A stretch of DNA of 59,786 bases from Vermamoeba vermiformis. Its lineage: Eukaryota. Positions 38,021-49,042 of the stretch are shown one piece after another. Every line of letters starts with the position of its first letter. Position 1 is the first letter of the stretch. The notes under the pieces were generated by a model. The model searched no databases and was not told the DNA's origin. It worked only from the letters and a program-made list of their open reading frames with translations. The position numbers were made by a program, and so were the translations under genes. The stretch is from contig JBEWZL010000270.1 in assembly GCA_045837725.1 (NCBI GenBank), positions 310,001-369,786 of the forward strand, in the 5' to 3' direction.

Positions 38021-41000
38021 TTAATGTGTCTTTACAGCGTACTTAATATTCAATTGTTGTAGTAGGGGCATAATTTCGCTCACACTATGATCTTCGTTGC
38101 TTATTTTGCACCAAGAATGGAGCACGATCAAGTTCAATTGATGAGGTTGGTTTAAAATATCTGCTATGGCGGTGCATGTTGCGGACTGGAAGGCGTGTGC
38201 AGGGTTTTTCCGAGTGTCCCACAAATGAAGGGTTCTTAATCGCGGGAGCATCGATTTCAGTGCATGAACGAAACTTATTTTCACAAATTTCACCGGATAT
38301 TCAGTCTGTGCTACGATTGGCAGCATCAAGTCTGTGATCGATTCTTGATTTTGCAGTGCGAATAAGAATTCATTTTCGCTTGCGTTTGCACCATGAAGAT
38401 CTTCATCGTTTCCGCTTAAATTGATCGGAAACATCATATGAAACTTTGTGAGTTTGTTCTTTTGTATCAGATCAATCAACGGGCCGTATTTTGTAAAGTG
38501 ACAATTGAACAGTACCACTGATGTGATTGTCGGACTCGATGCAATGTCGCTCATCAATTGTGCTATCAGTGCTGACTGTTTTTCGTTAGCACACTGCAAG
38601 TTCATGAGCTTAATAGACTTGAGAACGGAACTCGAGCCTATTGTGTAAAAAGTAAGTAAAGTCCGATAGCATTTAGAGATTCATTTGCTTACGAATGATT
38701 TGTGAAGCCTTGTGAATGGTGTGTTTGAGTGCCTTTTCGTCATTCAAATCAACGATCATTGTTTTGCACTCATTAGCATCACTTCGAATACTTGAATCGT
38801 ACATGCGTGCATTGTACTTCATTCGGTTGCACTGCTCGTGTTAGTCTAGAACGTACTATAATCATGACGCAAGTTTACCTTGGTGGTTAGTAACTGTCTG
38901 AACTCTTCTTCGCATTGCTCTTTGATCATTCGATTCGTTTGTTCTAATAATAAATTGAGTCGTTAATTAAACTAAAAGATTTATCACCTACTTCGGAGTT
39001 CAAGAATTTTGTTGCGTTGTTCATCCGACATGTCGTGAAAAGGAATGTCGTCTTCGTATTTGTGAATAAACAATTGTGCCAACGCGTCTTCTTCCTGCAA
39101 CTCTTGTCCGCTGTAAACTATTGCGTCTTCAACGAGATTCTTTTGCATATAATAAGCTGTTTTGTCATCATGGTCTGGTGCTTGGCCGATCGTTTCATCC
39201 CAAAGCTCGACCATGCTACAATAACAAGATGAGAAAAAACTTAAACGAAGGCAGGCTATAATCTTAAACTTACTGCCTGATGATACGCTCATCCACAGAA
39301 TCATCTTCCTCGTCGGAATTTTCCATGACTGAGATTTCAAAATCTTCAGGGTCCTCTTTGGCGTCAAACTGGGCATGTTGGACGCACTTTTTGAGACTTT
39401 CTTGCACGATACTACGCATTGGGTCGTCATTATAGTCTTCATCTTCTATGCTTTCGTTGGTATCGCCCTCTTCCAAGTCCATAATTGGCTCGTCAACCCA
39501 GTCACTATCAACGCTTGACGATTCGTCCGAGTAATCTTCGCTGTCAGAATTCATCACAATTGGATTCTCGTAATGTAAATCGCTCTTGTCAGTGTAAATT
39601 ATCGTTTGTTTTGTCCTATTCAGCTGTCCCATCTCTAGGGCTTTTAAAATATCTTCAGAGCCCACATCTACTACATTCTCGTTCGGTTTTTTCTCTGATA
39701 CAACCGACGACAACGTGCGGTGAATAAATTCACTTAATATATGGACTGCAAACTCTGTGGTAATCGTTAACCCACACGAATTCTATTATAATTGGAATCA
39801 AACTTACCAGTGGCATTGGGTGTGGCACAAAAAACTCCTCCTTTTCGCATTAAGCGATGAATGCCGTGACGAACTGAAGAAAAAATTGAACATTCAGCTA
39901 TTATTTGGCGTTAGTATCACTTACTTGACAGCCAATCCGGCATTGTTTCAAAATCATCGTCAGTCGCAATATCTGCTTGAAAATAACTTGTCCACGGATT
40001 GACTTGCTGCGGAAAATTGAATCCCCATTGCTTATCGGCGAGGTAAAACACTTCCGAGATATTGTTTTCAACCTCGAACACTAGTACAACATTAATATTA
40101 TAGGCTAGGTATTAGATTATTACCTGAATAAACAGAGCTCAAGTACGGGTACTTCTTTTCCGCGCCTTGTTTCAAGAACAACAAGTCCACCATGCGAAGC
40201 TTTTGAAGCGCACAAATCATCGTTGAAATGATTGACGAAGATTGATCGAGTGTTGTAGCGTATTTGAGCTGATTAACAACTTCATCGACGACATCGCCTG
40301 TTCGAACCACGAATCGCTCGAATTTGGCTGTCTGAAGTGACACGTGTCAACACGTGAATAAGTTTTAACTTGCAATAGCAACACGAACTTACACTAATAA
40401 GCGCTGAATCGGGACAGCATGGCGCGGGACAATGACCCATCAACACTGCACTCAGCACGTGAATGAACAATTTGAGCGAGCGTTCTGACGATGACACATT
40501 TCTTGTAAGAGATTAGTCCTATAACGTCATATCAATCGTTTTCTGCGTGACTCACTCGAAGATTTTGTCTCTTTGTTCAATGGAAATAAAACTATCGTAT
40601 TCACTCTCATCTTCAACATCGCTCTCGTCTTCGTTTACTTCCGTCTTGAGTGCTTCAGATTCTTGCGTATGAATAACATCTTTGTCGTCATTTTTATCAT
40701 TATCCGCACTGTTAGTGTCAATCACGTCGCTTTCGGAGGCATCCATTTCTTCGTCTGACTCGCTGTGGCTGCGTTCATCCCAACTGTAATCGAAATCTTT
40801 GCTGTTCAAGATATCACGCAGCAGCGATCGATCCCAATCCCAATCCAAGTCTACGTCAAGTTTGGACTCAAGTTCGACAATTTCTTCGTCTTTCTCATCG
40901 TACAAAGCCAATTCGTTTTCTTCTTTGAGACAACTGCACTCGGAGTTTTTGAACGCTTCGACAACAGGCTTTGTGTCACGCCATAGTTCAAATTGGCGAT

Positions 41001-41782
41001 ATTTGGCCTCGCACTTCAAAGCCAGTTGTTTGTAGTCAACGGCTGGATCGTAATTTTTGTGCTTTGTGTCGACAAGGTCCATTGAGAGCGTGTAGTCGCT
41101 TTCTAGCCAAAAAAATTAGCAGAGATCTCAGTTTATTACTATATCTGATGTAATAATATCTTACGATCGAAGAAATATTTGATTGGAAATTTAGCAAGGT
41201 ACTCGTCTTCAGCGACCAGATCTTGTTGGATCTTCATGCAATCTCTCGTTACGGGCGAGTCATAAATTTCAAAATCCCATTCAAAAATATTCTGGTTTGG
41301 CGAGGAAACTGATTTTAGAACTGTATGACACGTTAGAAGCGAAGATCTGATTTGATTGTTTTTCAAACTTGCCTTGGTCGAGGAGTGTTCCGTCGATATT
41401 CACTTTAAATCGCTTTCTGGATGCTAAATAGACTTCATACCACCTTCTATTTGTTAATGATTGTGATACCAGATTATTCCAACGTTTTGAGGTCAGTGAC
41501 ACTAGAACAATAGACAACGGATCTTCCACGTATAGTAGAATAATCTGTAATATCTCCTGCGGAAATATTTGGAATATCTCTAACTCTATAAATAGAGAAG
41601 TCAGAAGTAAAGTCGACGAGGTAAATGAAAATTAGATCAAATAAATAAATTGCTTATTAAATTCGCGAATTAACCTTGTAAATGTAATAAATCGATAAAA
41701 AAATACCTTCAGAATTGCGGCGCGATTTTTTAAGTATTTGTTTGTCGTCCCAGGCCTCATCTGCTTTTCTTTTTTTCTCCAT
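38021..41782 (-). CDS. Large F-box protein with acidic tracts and LRR-like C-terminus, multi-exon (could be two genes)
   Basis: FQIFPQEILQIILLYVEDPLSIVLVSLTSKRWNNL; minus-strand exons mostly joinable in frame, including one probable GC-AG intron near 41320-41372; not all junctions verified. Confidence 0.65.
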
Positions 41783-42547
41783 CCGGTTTGGACAAAAGAA
41801 CTAACAGTCAACTAAAATCTCTTGTGTTGTCCGTTAGAAATACAACATGAAAAAGGACGGTCCTGCTGTGGTGTTTTGTTTTTGGCGTGCACAAACAAAG
41901 AAAGCACGTGAGCCAAGAAATTCCCAGAAAAGCGGTTGACCGCCCAGGGTTGCCGGGTATGCCTTGCGTGTGGTTCAACCCCGTAGTTTCAGCCCTTAAA
42001 GTCGCCGCCGATCCAGTTCACCCGATCTGATCGAGCCCAAGCCTCAATCAATGCACTATGATTTTGGACCATGCAGTACGGTCTCCAAAAGCGAACCGTC
42101 TACCCTAACGACAGTTCCGTCCATAACTGCACAACGTAAGTTGCAATGAAAAAAAAAGTCAGTTATTGTTCGGTCCCATTAGAGCATCAACAATTAAATT
42201 GGTCGTCATTATTCAGCCCTATAAGTACCACAATAGATTATATGATCGAGATTATGGTCTTGTAAGTACATACACCCATAGAATAAATTCGGAACGATCG
42301 AGCCGTTTCAGATCATTTCAATAATGACTTGATTAAGCAATATTTTATTCAATTATAAACGAATATTATATTTATACAGCGTTCTATCGCTAAGCATAAT
42401 AATTATAATTAAATAGGTAAACAAAACCAAAAAAGATCAAAAACGCCAGTAGCACGATTTGAAGTAAGTTCATTAATAAAAATTTGATTATATTTGATAA
42501 ATATATTTCCTAAGTTTTCTGCAATATTCAAATTAACTGTTTTGTAG

Positions 42548-44030
42548 ATGTCGATCAGTTACTTTTTAGCGGCTTCAAAGAGAAGATTATCACGAACGCC
42601 AATACGAACTCTCATATTAGGAGTTGTTGTATTTTTGGCAATAATATTACTAGTCACAGAATTGCGAGTAACGAACAACAAGACGGTTGGATGCGATCAA
42701 CAAATTTTACAGTTTCATATTGGAGATGGAGAAGTAATTGACGAATATACAGATACCAAAGATAGAGAATGCACGAAGCCTATATTCGAATTAGATAGCA
42801 AGAATTTAGTGGTCAAGAAAAAATGCGGAAAAGATCCACTCAATTTTTTCCTTTTATGGTCAACAAAGCGCGAAGATTTCAAATTAAAGCACTTTAGAGT
42901 AATAGACAGCATATTTACACATCATCCTAATGCAAGGCTGCACATAATTACTTCGAACATGACCCTGGATGATTTTTCGTTTTATACGAATGACTACGAT
43001 ATAGTGCATCACTATTTGGACACGAATAATATATTCAAAGATACGCCGTTAGAACGATGGGCGCAAAATATTCCGCAGTACAAGTCTTCAGGCAACTATT
43101 TCAGTCACTTGACGGATGCGATGAGACTAGCGCTGCTTTGGAAATACGGAGGAGTGTATTTGGATACAGATGCGATAGTCATTAGGAATTTAGAACACGT
43201 TCGAAATGCTTTGGGAGTGCAGCACCCATCCGACGTCGCGACTGGCGAAATTAACGGTAAGTAACGTCTCATAGCTTAACTCAACATCAAATATTGTTTA
43301 ATTGCCTTAATTGGTAAAATTTTGATTTTAACGGTAAACCGCGTGTTGTAACACCGCATCCATTATTACAATTAATTTGCTAAATTTGGATCAGGACTTA
43401 AAAATAGCTTGGTAATTTAATTGCGGTTATTTTTCTTATTTATTGCTCTCTTACTAATTTGAGCCACAAATTAGGCGCGGTCATGATATTCGACCGGATG
43501 CATCCATTTTTGTATTACGCCATGCACTTCTTAATGTCGACGTACGATCCCGGTGTGTGGGATATCGCAGGACCACAAGTCGTTACTAAGGCTGTTATGG
43601 GTTGGAGCTCACTACATCCGTTCATGGTGCGCTGGATCCCCGAACATAAAGCGGGTAAGTTGCGCGACATTTCCTTATTTAGTAAAATTCAGAACTAACA
43701 ATTGGTTCAGGTCAATATGACTTGCCCAACGAGCCTATAGGCACTCCAGCGATCTCAGTATTTACTGATCGATTCGCTTTTTACGGTTTGGCTTGGTGGG
43801 TCAAACCACGAGTGGATACGACTGCCGGACATCCGGATCTGCCCCAATACCGTAAAGACGTTGAAGAACGAGCATATGCGTACCACTATGTTAATCAAAT
43901 GGTGCGAGTCACGAACTCAAAGATCAAGAAGGGCGTCTACTTGTTCGATCTGCTTCAAAAAGGCTGTTTGTTCGAGTGCTCGTACGATGATCTAGATATC
44001 AATATTGTAGAAGTATTAGATAATAAGTAA
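42548..44030 (+). CDS. Glycosyltransferase family 32 (alpha-1,4-glycosyltransferase-like), type II membrane protein
   Basis: N-terminal TM; HLTDAMRLALLWKYGGVYLDTD (DxD motif); WDIAGPQVVT. Confidence 0.9.
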
Positions 44031-44176
44031 CTCTTTGGAATAAACTAACTGCGTTGTAAATTATCAAGATGATCTGGTTTATTTTTGGAATTCCCGTGCG
44101 CTGAAAAAACCTCAGATCTCATTCCTTATGATTACATTCATTCCGACAATAGATATAACACCGTCCTGTACCATAA

Positions 44177-46203
44177 ATGAACGGCAAAACCAACAAATCA
44201 GGCGTGCCAATCTGGAAAGAAGCGGTTTACGACATTCCCAATCAAACCAACCCAGAAAAATTGTATGACCGTATAAAGACGCTAGAAGAATTATATGTCA
44301 GTGAAGATAAGTTCAAAAAAGAAGATTGGCAATACTTAACGACATGGATGCAAGACAAAAAAAACAAAATAAATCACGTAACGTTCAGAGCGCTCACAAT
44401 TTCATCCGAGAATATTCCATATATCACAGATATATTAATGAAAGGCAAGAACATCAAAACCATCATTTTCAACAATTACACGATCCAAAATGACAGCGCA
44501 TTCAAAGATTTTTGTTCCCTCATCGGCAAAATCAGAAACATTGGTAGACTAAGAATAACAATCAACGAATTATCCCAATATCAAGTCCAGCAACTCCAGG
44601 CGACGATAGATCCGTCAATAAATGAAGTCGAGCTCATCCACGAACCAGTAAGTCTGCTTCCAATAATATTATAGCAGACTTAGGATCAATTAACGTAATT
44701 ATTAGATATATATTGCAATGTCCGACAATTCTATTTACGAACAAGTGACGAAGAAGCGAAGATTTGTTATTGGAATGAAGGAGATCAATTATATTCGCGA
44801 CTTTGACATTGGCTGGTGCCTTTTCAATGCTTTAAAAAATAGCCCTGCGCTGGAACATGTCTCAATCCAATCATTTGCGTTAAGCCCTTGGAGTTTGCCG
44901 ATCGCAGCAGATGCGATCGCACAAAACAAATCTGTGACACGAATAGCCATTGGTACCGATGGATGGGACAATCATCGATATGTATTTAAAAATCTGATAG
45001 AAAATGATAGAATAACACATATTGATATACAAGCAACCTTTGGCGTGACGCAATACTCGATCAGCTCGCTCAGCAAGTCTTTAACACGTCCGAGCCTGAC
45101 TTCGATGAAAATTGAATGTGATATGCAAGGAGATACGTTCAAAGATATACTCAACATCCCAAACATCACAGATCTGCAAGTCGCTGGCGGGTTTCGCGGA
45201 TCTAGCCAGTTTGCTGACATGATAGCACCAAATAAACACGTGACAAAGCTCCATATATTCGGTGGATCAACGAAAGGATTCGAAAAGATATCAGCGATGT
45301 TGTTAGGACAACTTACGAAGCTAACACTATCTCACGTCACTGTGAAAAAGTTTGACATCTGTCAAGTTTTGAAAAATAGCACGTCTATTACCGAGCTGTC
45401 CGTCATAGAAGACGGAAACGGACTAACGACCTATTATAACGGACCTTCTCGTAAGTGCCTTATCTCTTATATAGCCGGGACTGATTGTTCGTGCAGATCG
45501 GTACGATAACATTGCGGATATTTTGGAAGTCAATTCAACGCTCAAAAGTTTGACACTCAAAGTGCCACTAAACGACGTCAAAACTTTTTTCGAAAAATTC
45601 ACAGCAGGACTGAAGAATAACAAAGTACTGAAGCATTTGGACGTACACATTATCGAAGATTGCTTTGACATGTTTGCAGAAGCCCTGATCGAAAATGACA
45701 CTTTGACATCTCTTCGCTTAGGCGGACTCGAGCCATTGCCAAACCAACTAGTGAAATTCAGCCATGCAATCGCTACTAACAAATCACTAGCAAGCTTGAC
45801 TGCCGAAGGGATCGCCTGTTGGACTGAAGTTTTGTCGGTTTTGAAGACTAACAACTCACTGCAAAAACTTAATTTAACGACCGCGCTCGGAGCTGTTCCG
45901 AATGAATTCTTCGAAAAATTAGATACTGTGTTGCAAACGAATCAGTCTTTAACTTCATTAGGACTACAGAAAGTTCCGATCCCGGTCCACATCCAAAAAG
46001 TTTTGCAACGAAATCATCTGGCGTACCATCAAAATATTGATAGAATATACTCTTTTATTACTATGATGCGCCTACGACCAGAAGCATTCACTTCAGTTCT
46101 TCCGCTCGAGATCTGGGTTATGATTTTCAAGCGGATCCAGTTACCCGGGTGCAGAATCAACTTCGCGGAAAAATTTATGGAGGGTCTTAAAACTGTATCA
46201 TAA
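44177..46203 (+). CDS. RNI-like LRR family protein with C-terminal F-box-like tail, 3 exons
   Basis: ORFs 44177, 44718 and 45523 joined by GT-AG introns; tail VLPLEIWVMIFKRI; paralog of the 20477 gene. Confidence 0.8.
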
Positions 46204-46662
46204 ATTTGAATCAATTCACGGCCCCAAAATTACCCGATTAAATAAAATTAGCCGAGTTGTGACGAATTGGTCGAGCTTGAATTTTGAGCTGTTTGAGAGT
46301 TTGATTTTTTGCGAGGGTTTCGAAAAATCGAGATTTTACGTGCCATGTGTTACACGGCAAGATATTGCATGATGTAATCGATGGATTGTGCAATAAAACG
46401 TATGCTAATGAATTCCAATCATCTTCAGAATGACAGGTGAGTTCGAGTGAGCGGATGTGCCAGTTGTTCGCGATTGCATCAAAGATTTCTGACGGAATGG
46501 AATGGCCTGGGTTTGACAGAATAATAATAAATTTTTCTAAGCTGGTATTGCGCTTTAAGTTGTATCCAAATGCCTGCCAGTAGTCGCTTTGAAGCAGATG
46601 TGGTATTGTCATTGATAGAACGTGAATATTCGAGTCTGAAGCTGCCAAAATATTTAATAGCC

Positions 46663-46824
46663 TGTAACACCACGCACGAAAAGAGTTCGCGCTAGGCGAC
46701 ATATCGCCTGAAATCTCGCGATAATCTCGCGAGATAAAAACACTTTGTATCGTTATTTATTGTACGCTTTACTCTTATATCAATAAACACAACTTACCGT
46801 TATTATTCCGACGGTTATTCTACA
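46663..46824 (+). repeat. 5' LTR (162 bp)
   Basis: TGTAACAC...TTCTACA; differs from the reassembled 3' LTR at one base. Confidence 0.95.
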
Positions 46825-46826
46825 TT

Positions 46827-46836
46827 TGGTTCCGAT
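46827..46836 (+). promoter_or_regulatory. Primer binding site (TGGTTCCGAT; possibly tRNA-Glu)
   Basis: TGG 2 nt after the LTR; complementary to a ...AUCGGAACCA tRNA 3' end; tRNA identity is inferred. Confidence 0.6.
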
Positions 46837-46954
46837 TTTGCGTGAACCGTTGTTGTAGATTCGGTTGTGGAAATTGATTCGGAGTTGGCAAAACGTTGTA
46901 TGAAAATTGTAATAACATCGCCAATAATTCCAATAATTATATTACAAGCCGCCT

Positions 46955-49042
46955 ATGTCGTCAGACAATCGCATCCGTACGCGCTCTCAATCGCAGCGAG
47001 ACCTACTCGCATCTCAAGGGGGAGAAGCCCCGCCCAGCCAGCAGCCTAGCTCAAACGCTAGAGCGGACAGCTCAGCGCCTGGGACTACCTCGACGGCCGC
47101 TCCCCTAGCACTGAGCTCAGAGGGGACGCGGACCAACTCAGGGATGAAAGACTCCCGCGAGAGTTCACGGTCGAGAGCTAGTTCTCACGCCTCTGCAGCT
47201 GCTCCTAAGTCGCACGCCTCCCAGGCAGAGCCCGGCAATCAAGCTAGTCCGCGCAAAAGGTCAAGATCTCGCCAATCTGACCAAAGGGATGACAATGGCC
47301 GCTCCCCTAGCCCCAGGAGCTCGAGCCCCTCTCCCAAGCGCCGTGACCGAAGCTCGCGAAGGCACAGACGTCGATCCGAACGTAGAGACCGGCGCAGAAG
47401 TCGCCAATCAAGGTCCCGTTCTCGTGATCACAGATCTGATCGCCAAAAGCACCGCCGCTCTCGCCATTCTAAGTCTCGTTCTCGTTCCCGCTCTCGCTCA
47501 GCAAGCTATGACAGCTCTTCAAGAAGCCGCTCAAGAAGTGCTTCTCGCGATCGTCGCCGATCTCGGAGAGAAAAATCTAAGAGAACAAGCTCTAAGTCCC
47601 GCAAGCAGACGCGCACGCGTGAGGAAGGCACCAGACACTCGCGTCAACGCGATGTAGCTCAGCAAGGTGCCGTGATAACCGTTACTGAGAATGAGACAAC
47701 TCGTGACACAACTCAACAACCTCCACCTCGCGAACGAATTGACAACAGGGGGACTCAAGACAGCCCTTCTGACAACAATTGGTCCCGCCCCGACCAAACT
47801 GCTCAAGACGCGCAGTTCGCGCAAGAAGTTCAGGAGTACGAAGAGTTCCGTCACATGACAATCGATTCAATCAAGCAGCTTCAACTCGAGACCAAGGACA
47901 ACGCAAAGCACATACAGCTACTTGGGGAATCCCTTTCTGATATCAAGAGACAACTGACCAACCTCGTACACAAGATCGAGGAACACCAGCAGGATTCTGT
48001 CCGTCAGTTGCAATTCTTGTCTGAGCCCAATTCAGGCGCGGAAGAGACTCGTGGTGCAGCTCCTAAGCGTGTTATTCCTGTTCATGGCTCAGCAGTTGCC
48101 AAGCGCTACACTCGCAAAGGCTCTGAAGTACCTAGCCGCCAAAAGCCTCTCAATGAGAAAGAGATTCCGAGTGACGTTCTCTTTTATACCGGCATGAACA
48201 GCGAGGTCAGCTTACAACGCTGGTATACCAAGATCTTGCTTTGGCAAGCCATCCTCGACTGGAGTGATCGGCAGACTCTGCAATGCATGTGCCTCAGAGT
48301 TCGCGGAGAAGCTGCAACCTACATCGAGAGAGGAGATGTCATTGGCCCAGCTACAACTCCGGAGGACCTGTTCGAAATGTTCAGTGCTAATTTCTCAAAC
48401 ACTGCAACGGAGCTCTCGCTTTCACTCACCTTGGATAGCATTCACATGCAGACCAATGAGGGTGTCAGCGACTACAATGCACGCTTCATGAAGACTCTGG
48501 CTCAAGTGGGAGACATTTACGAGTTGCGCAAGCTGATCGCGTACATTAAAGGCCGAAGCAGCAAGTACCGAGACATCATGGCCCTTGCACGACCATCAAC
48601 CCTTGCTGCTGCAATGCAAGCATTGTCCCTCACTACCGCGTTCCAACAAGCCACCAATGTAACACCAACAGGCAACACGCCTGTTACAGCTACACCAGCC
48701 ACTAGTTCCGTGTTACCAGCTGTCAGTGTCGCCAACACTGAGATGACCCAGTTGCTACAGACACTGGTCCAGTCCGTTAATAAGATGTCGACATCTCTGG
48801 AACAGTCAAAGTCTAACTTCAACAATAAGCCATTCTACCAGCGCTTCCAAGGACAGAACCAAAGTCAGACCTCAACCTCTGGGCAACCTAAGACCCAGAT
48901 CCCCTCAAGTGCTGCAACACCCAAGCCGAATGGCTCAAGCTTCCAACGCTCTATGAATAACAATCCACGAGTGAGCGCAGCCCTTGAAGAACCACCCTCA
49001 GAGGAACTGGCTGAGGAGGACATTGATCAGGAAAACGCCTAA
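46955..49042 (+). CDS. gag: Gag-like protein with long N-terminal Arg/Ser-rich region
   Basis: 695-aa ORF between PBS and pol; capsid-like segment WSDRQTLQCMCLRVRGEAATY and QTNEGVSDYNARF. Confidence 0.85.
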   Translation: MSSDNRIRTRSQSQRDLLASQGGEAPPSQQPSSNARADSSAPGTTSTAAPLALSSEGTRTNSGMKDSRESSRSRASSHASAAAPKSHASQAEPGNQASPRKRSRSRQSDQRDDNGRSPSPRSSSPSPKRRDRSSRRHRRRSERRDRRRSRQSRSRSRDHRSDRQKHRRSRHSKSRSRSRSRSASYDSSSRSRSRSASRDRRRSRREKSKRTSSKSRKQTRTREEGTRHSRQRDVAQQGAVITVTENETTRDTTQQPPPRERIDNRGTQDSPSDNNWSRPDQTAQDAQFAQEVQEYEEFRHMTIDSIKQLQLETKDNAKHIQLLGESLSDIKRQLTNLVHKIEEHQQDSVRQLQFLSEPNSGAEETRGAAPKRVIPVHGSAVAKRYTRKGSEVPSRQKPLNEKEIPSDVLFYTGMNSEVSLQRWYTKILLWQAILDWSDRQTLQCMCLRVRGEAATYIERGDVIGPATTPEDLFEMFSANFSNTATELSLSLTLDSIHMQTNEGVSDYNARFMKTLAQVGDIYELRKLIAYIKGRSSKYRDIMALARPSTLAAAMQALSLTTAFQQATNVTPTGNTPVTATPATSSVLPAVSVANTEMTQLLQTLVQSVNKMSTSLEQSKSNFNNKPFYQRFQGQNQSQTSTSGQPKTQIPSSAATPKPNGSSFQRSMNNNPRVSAALEEPPSEELAEEDIDQENA

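Noticed and set aside
46662-46702. ORF-track start of the 46238-46702 ORF
   Set aside because: Its first residues are LTR sequence; the true N-terminus is at 58626 on the other side of the element
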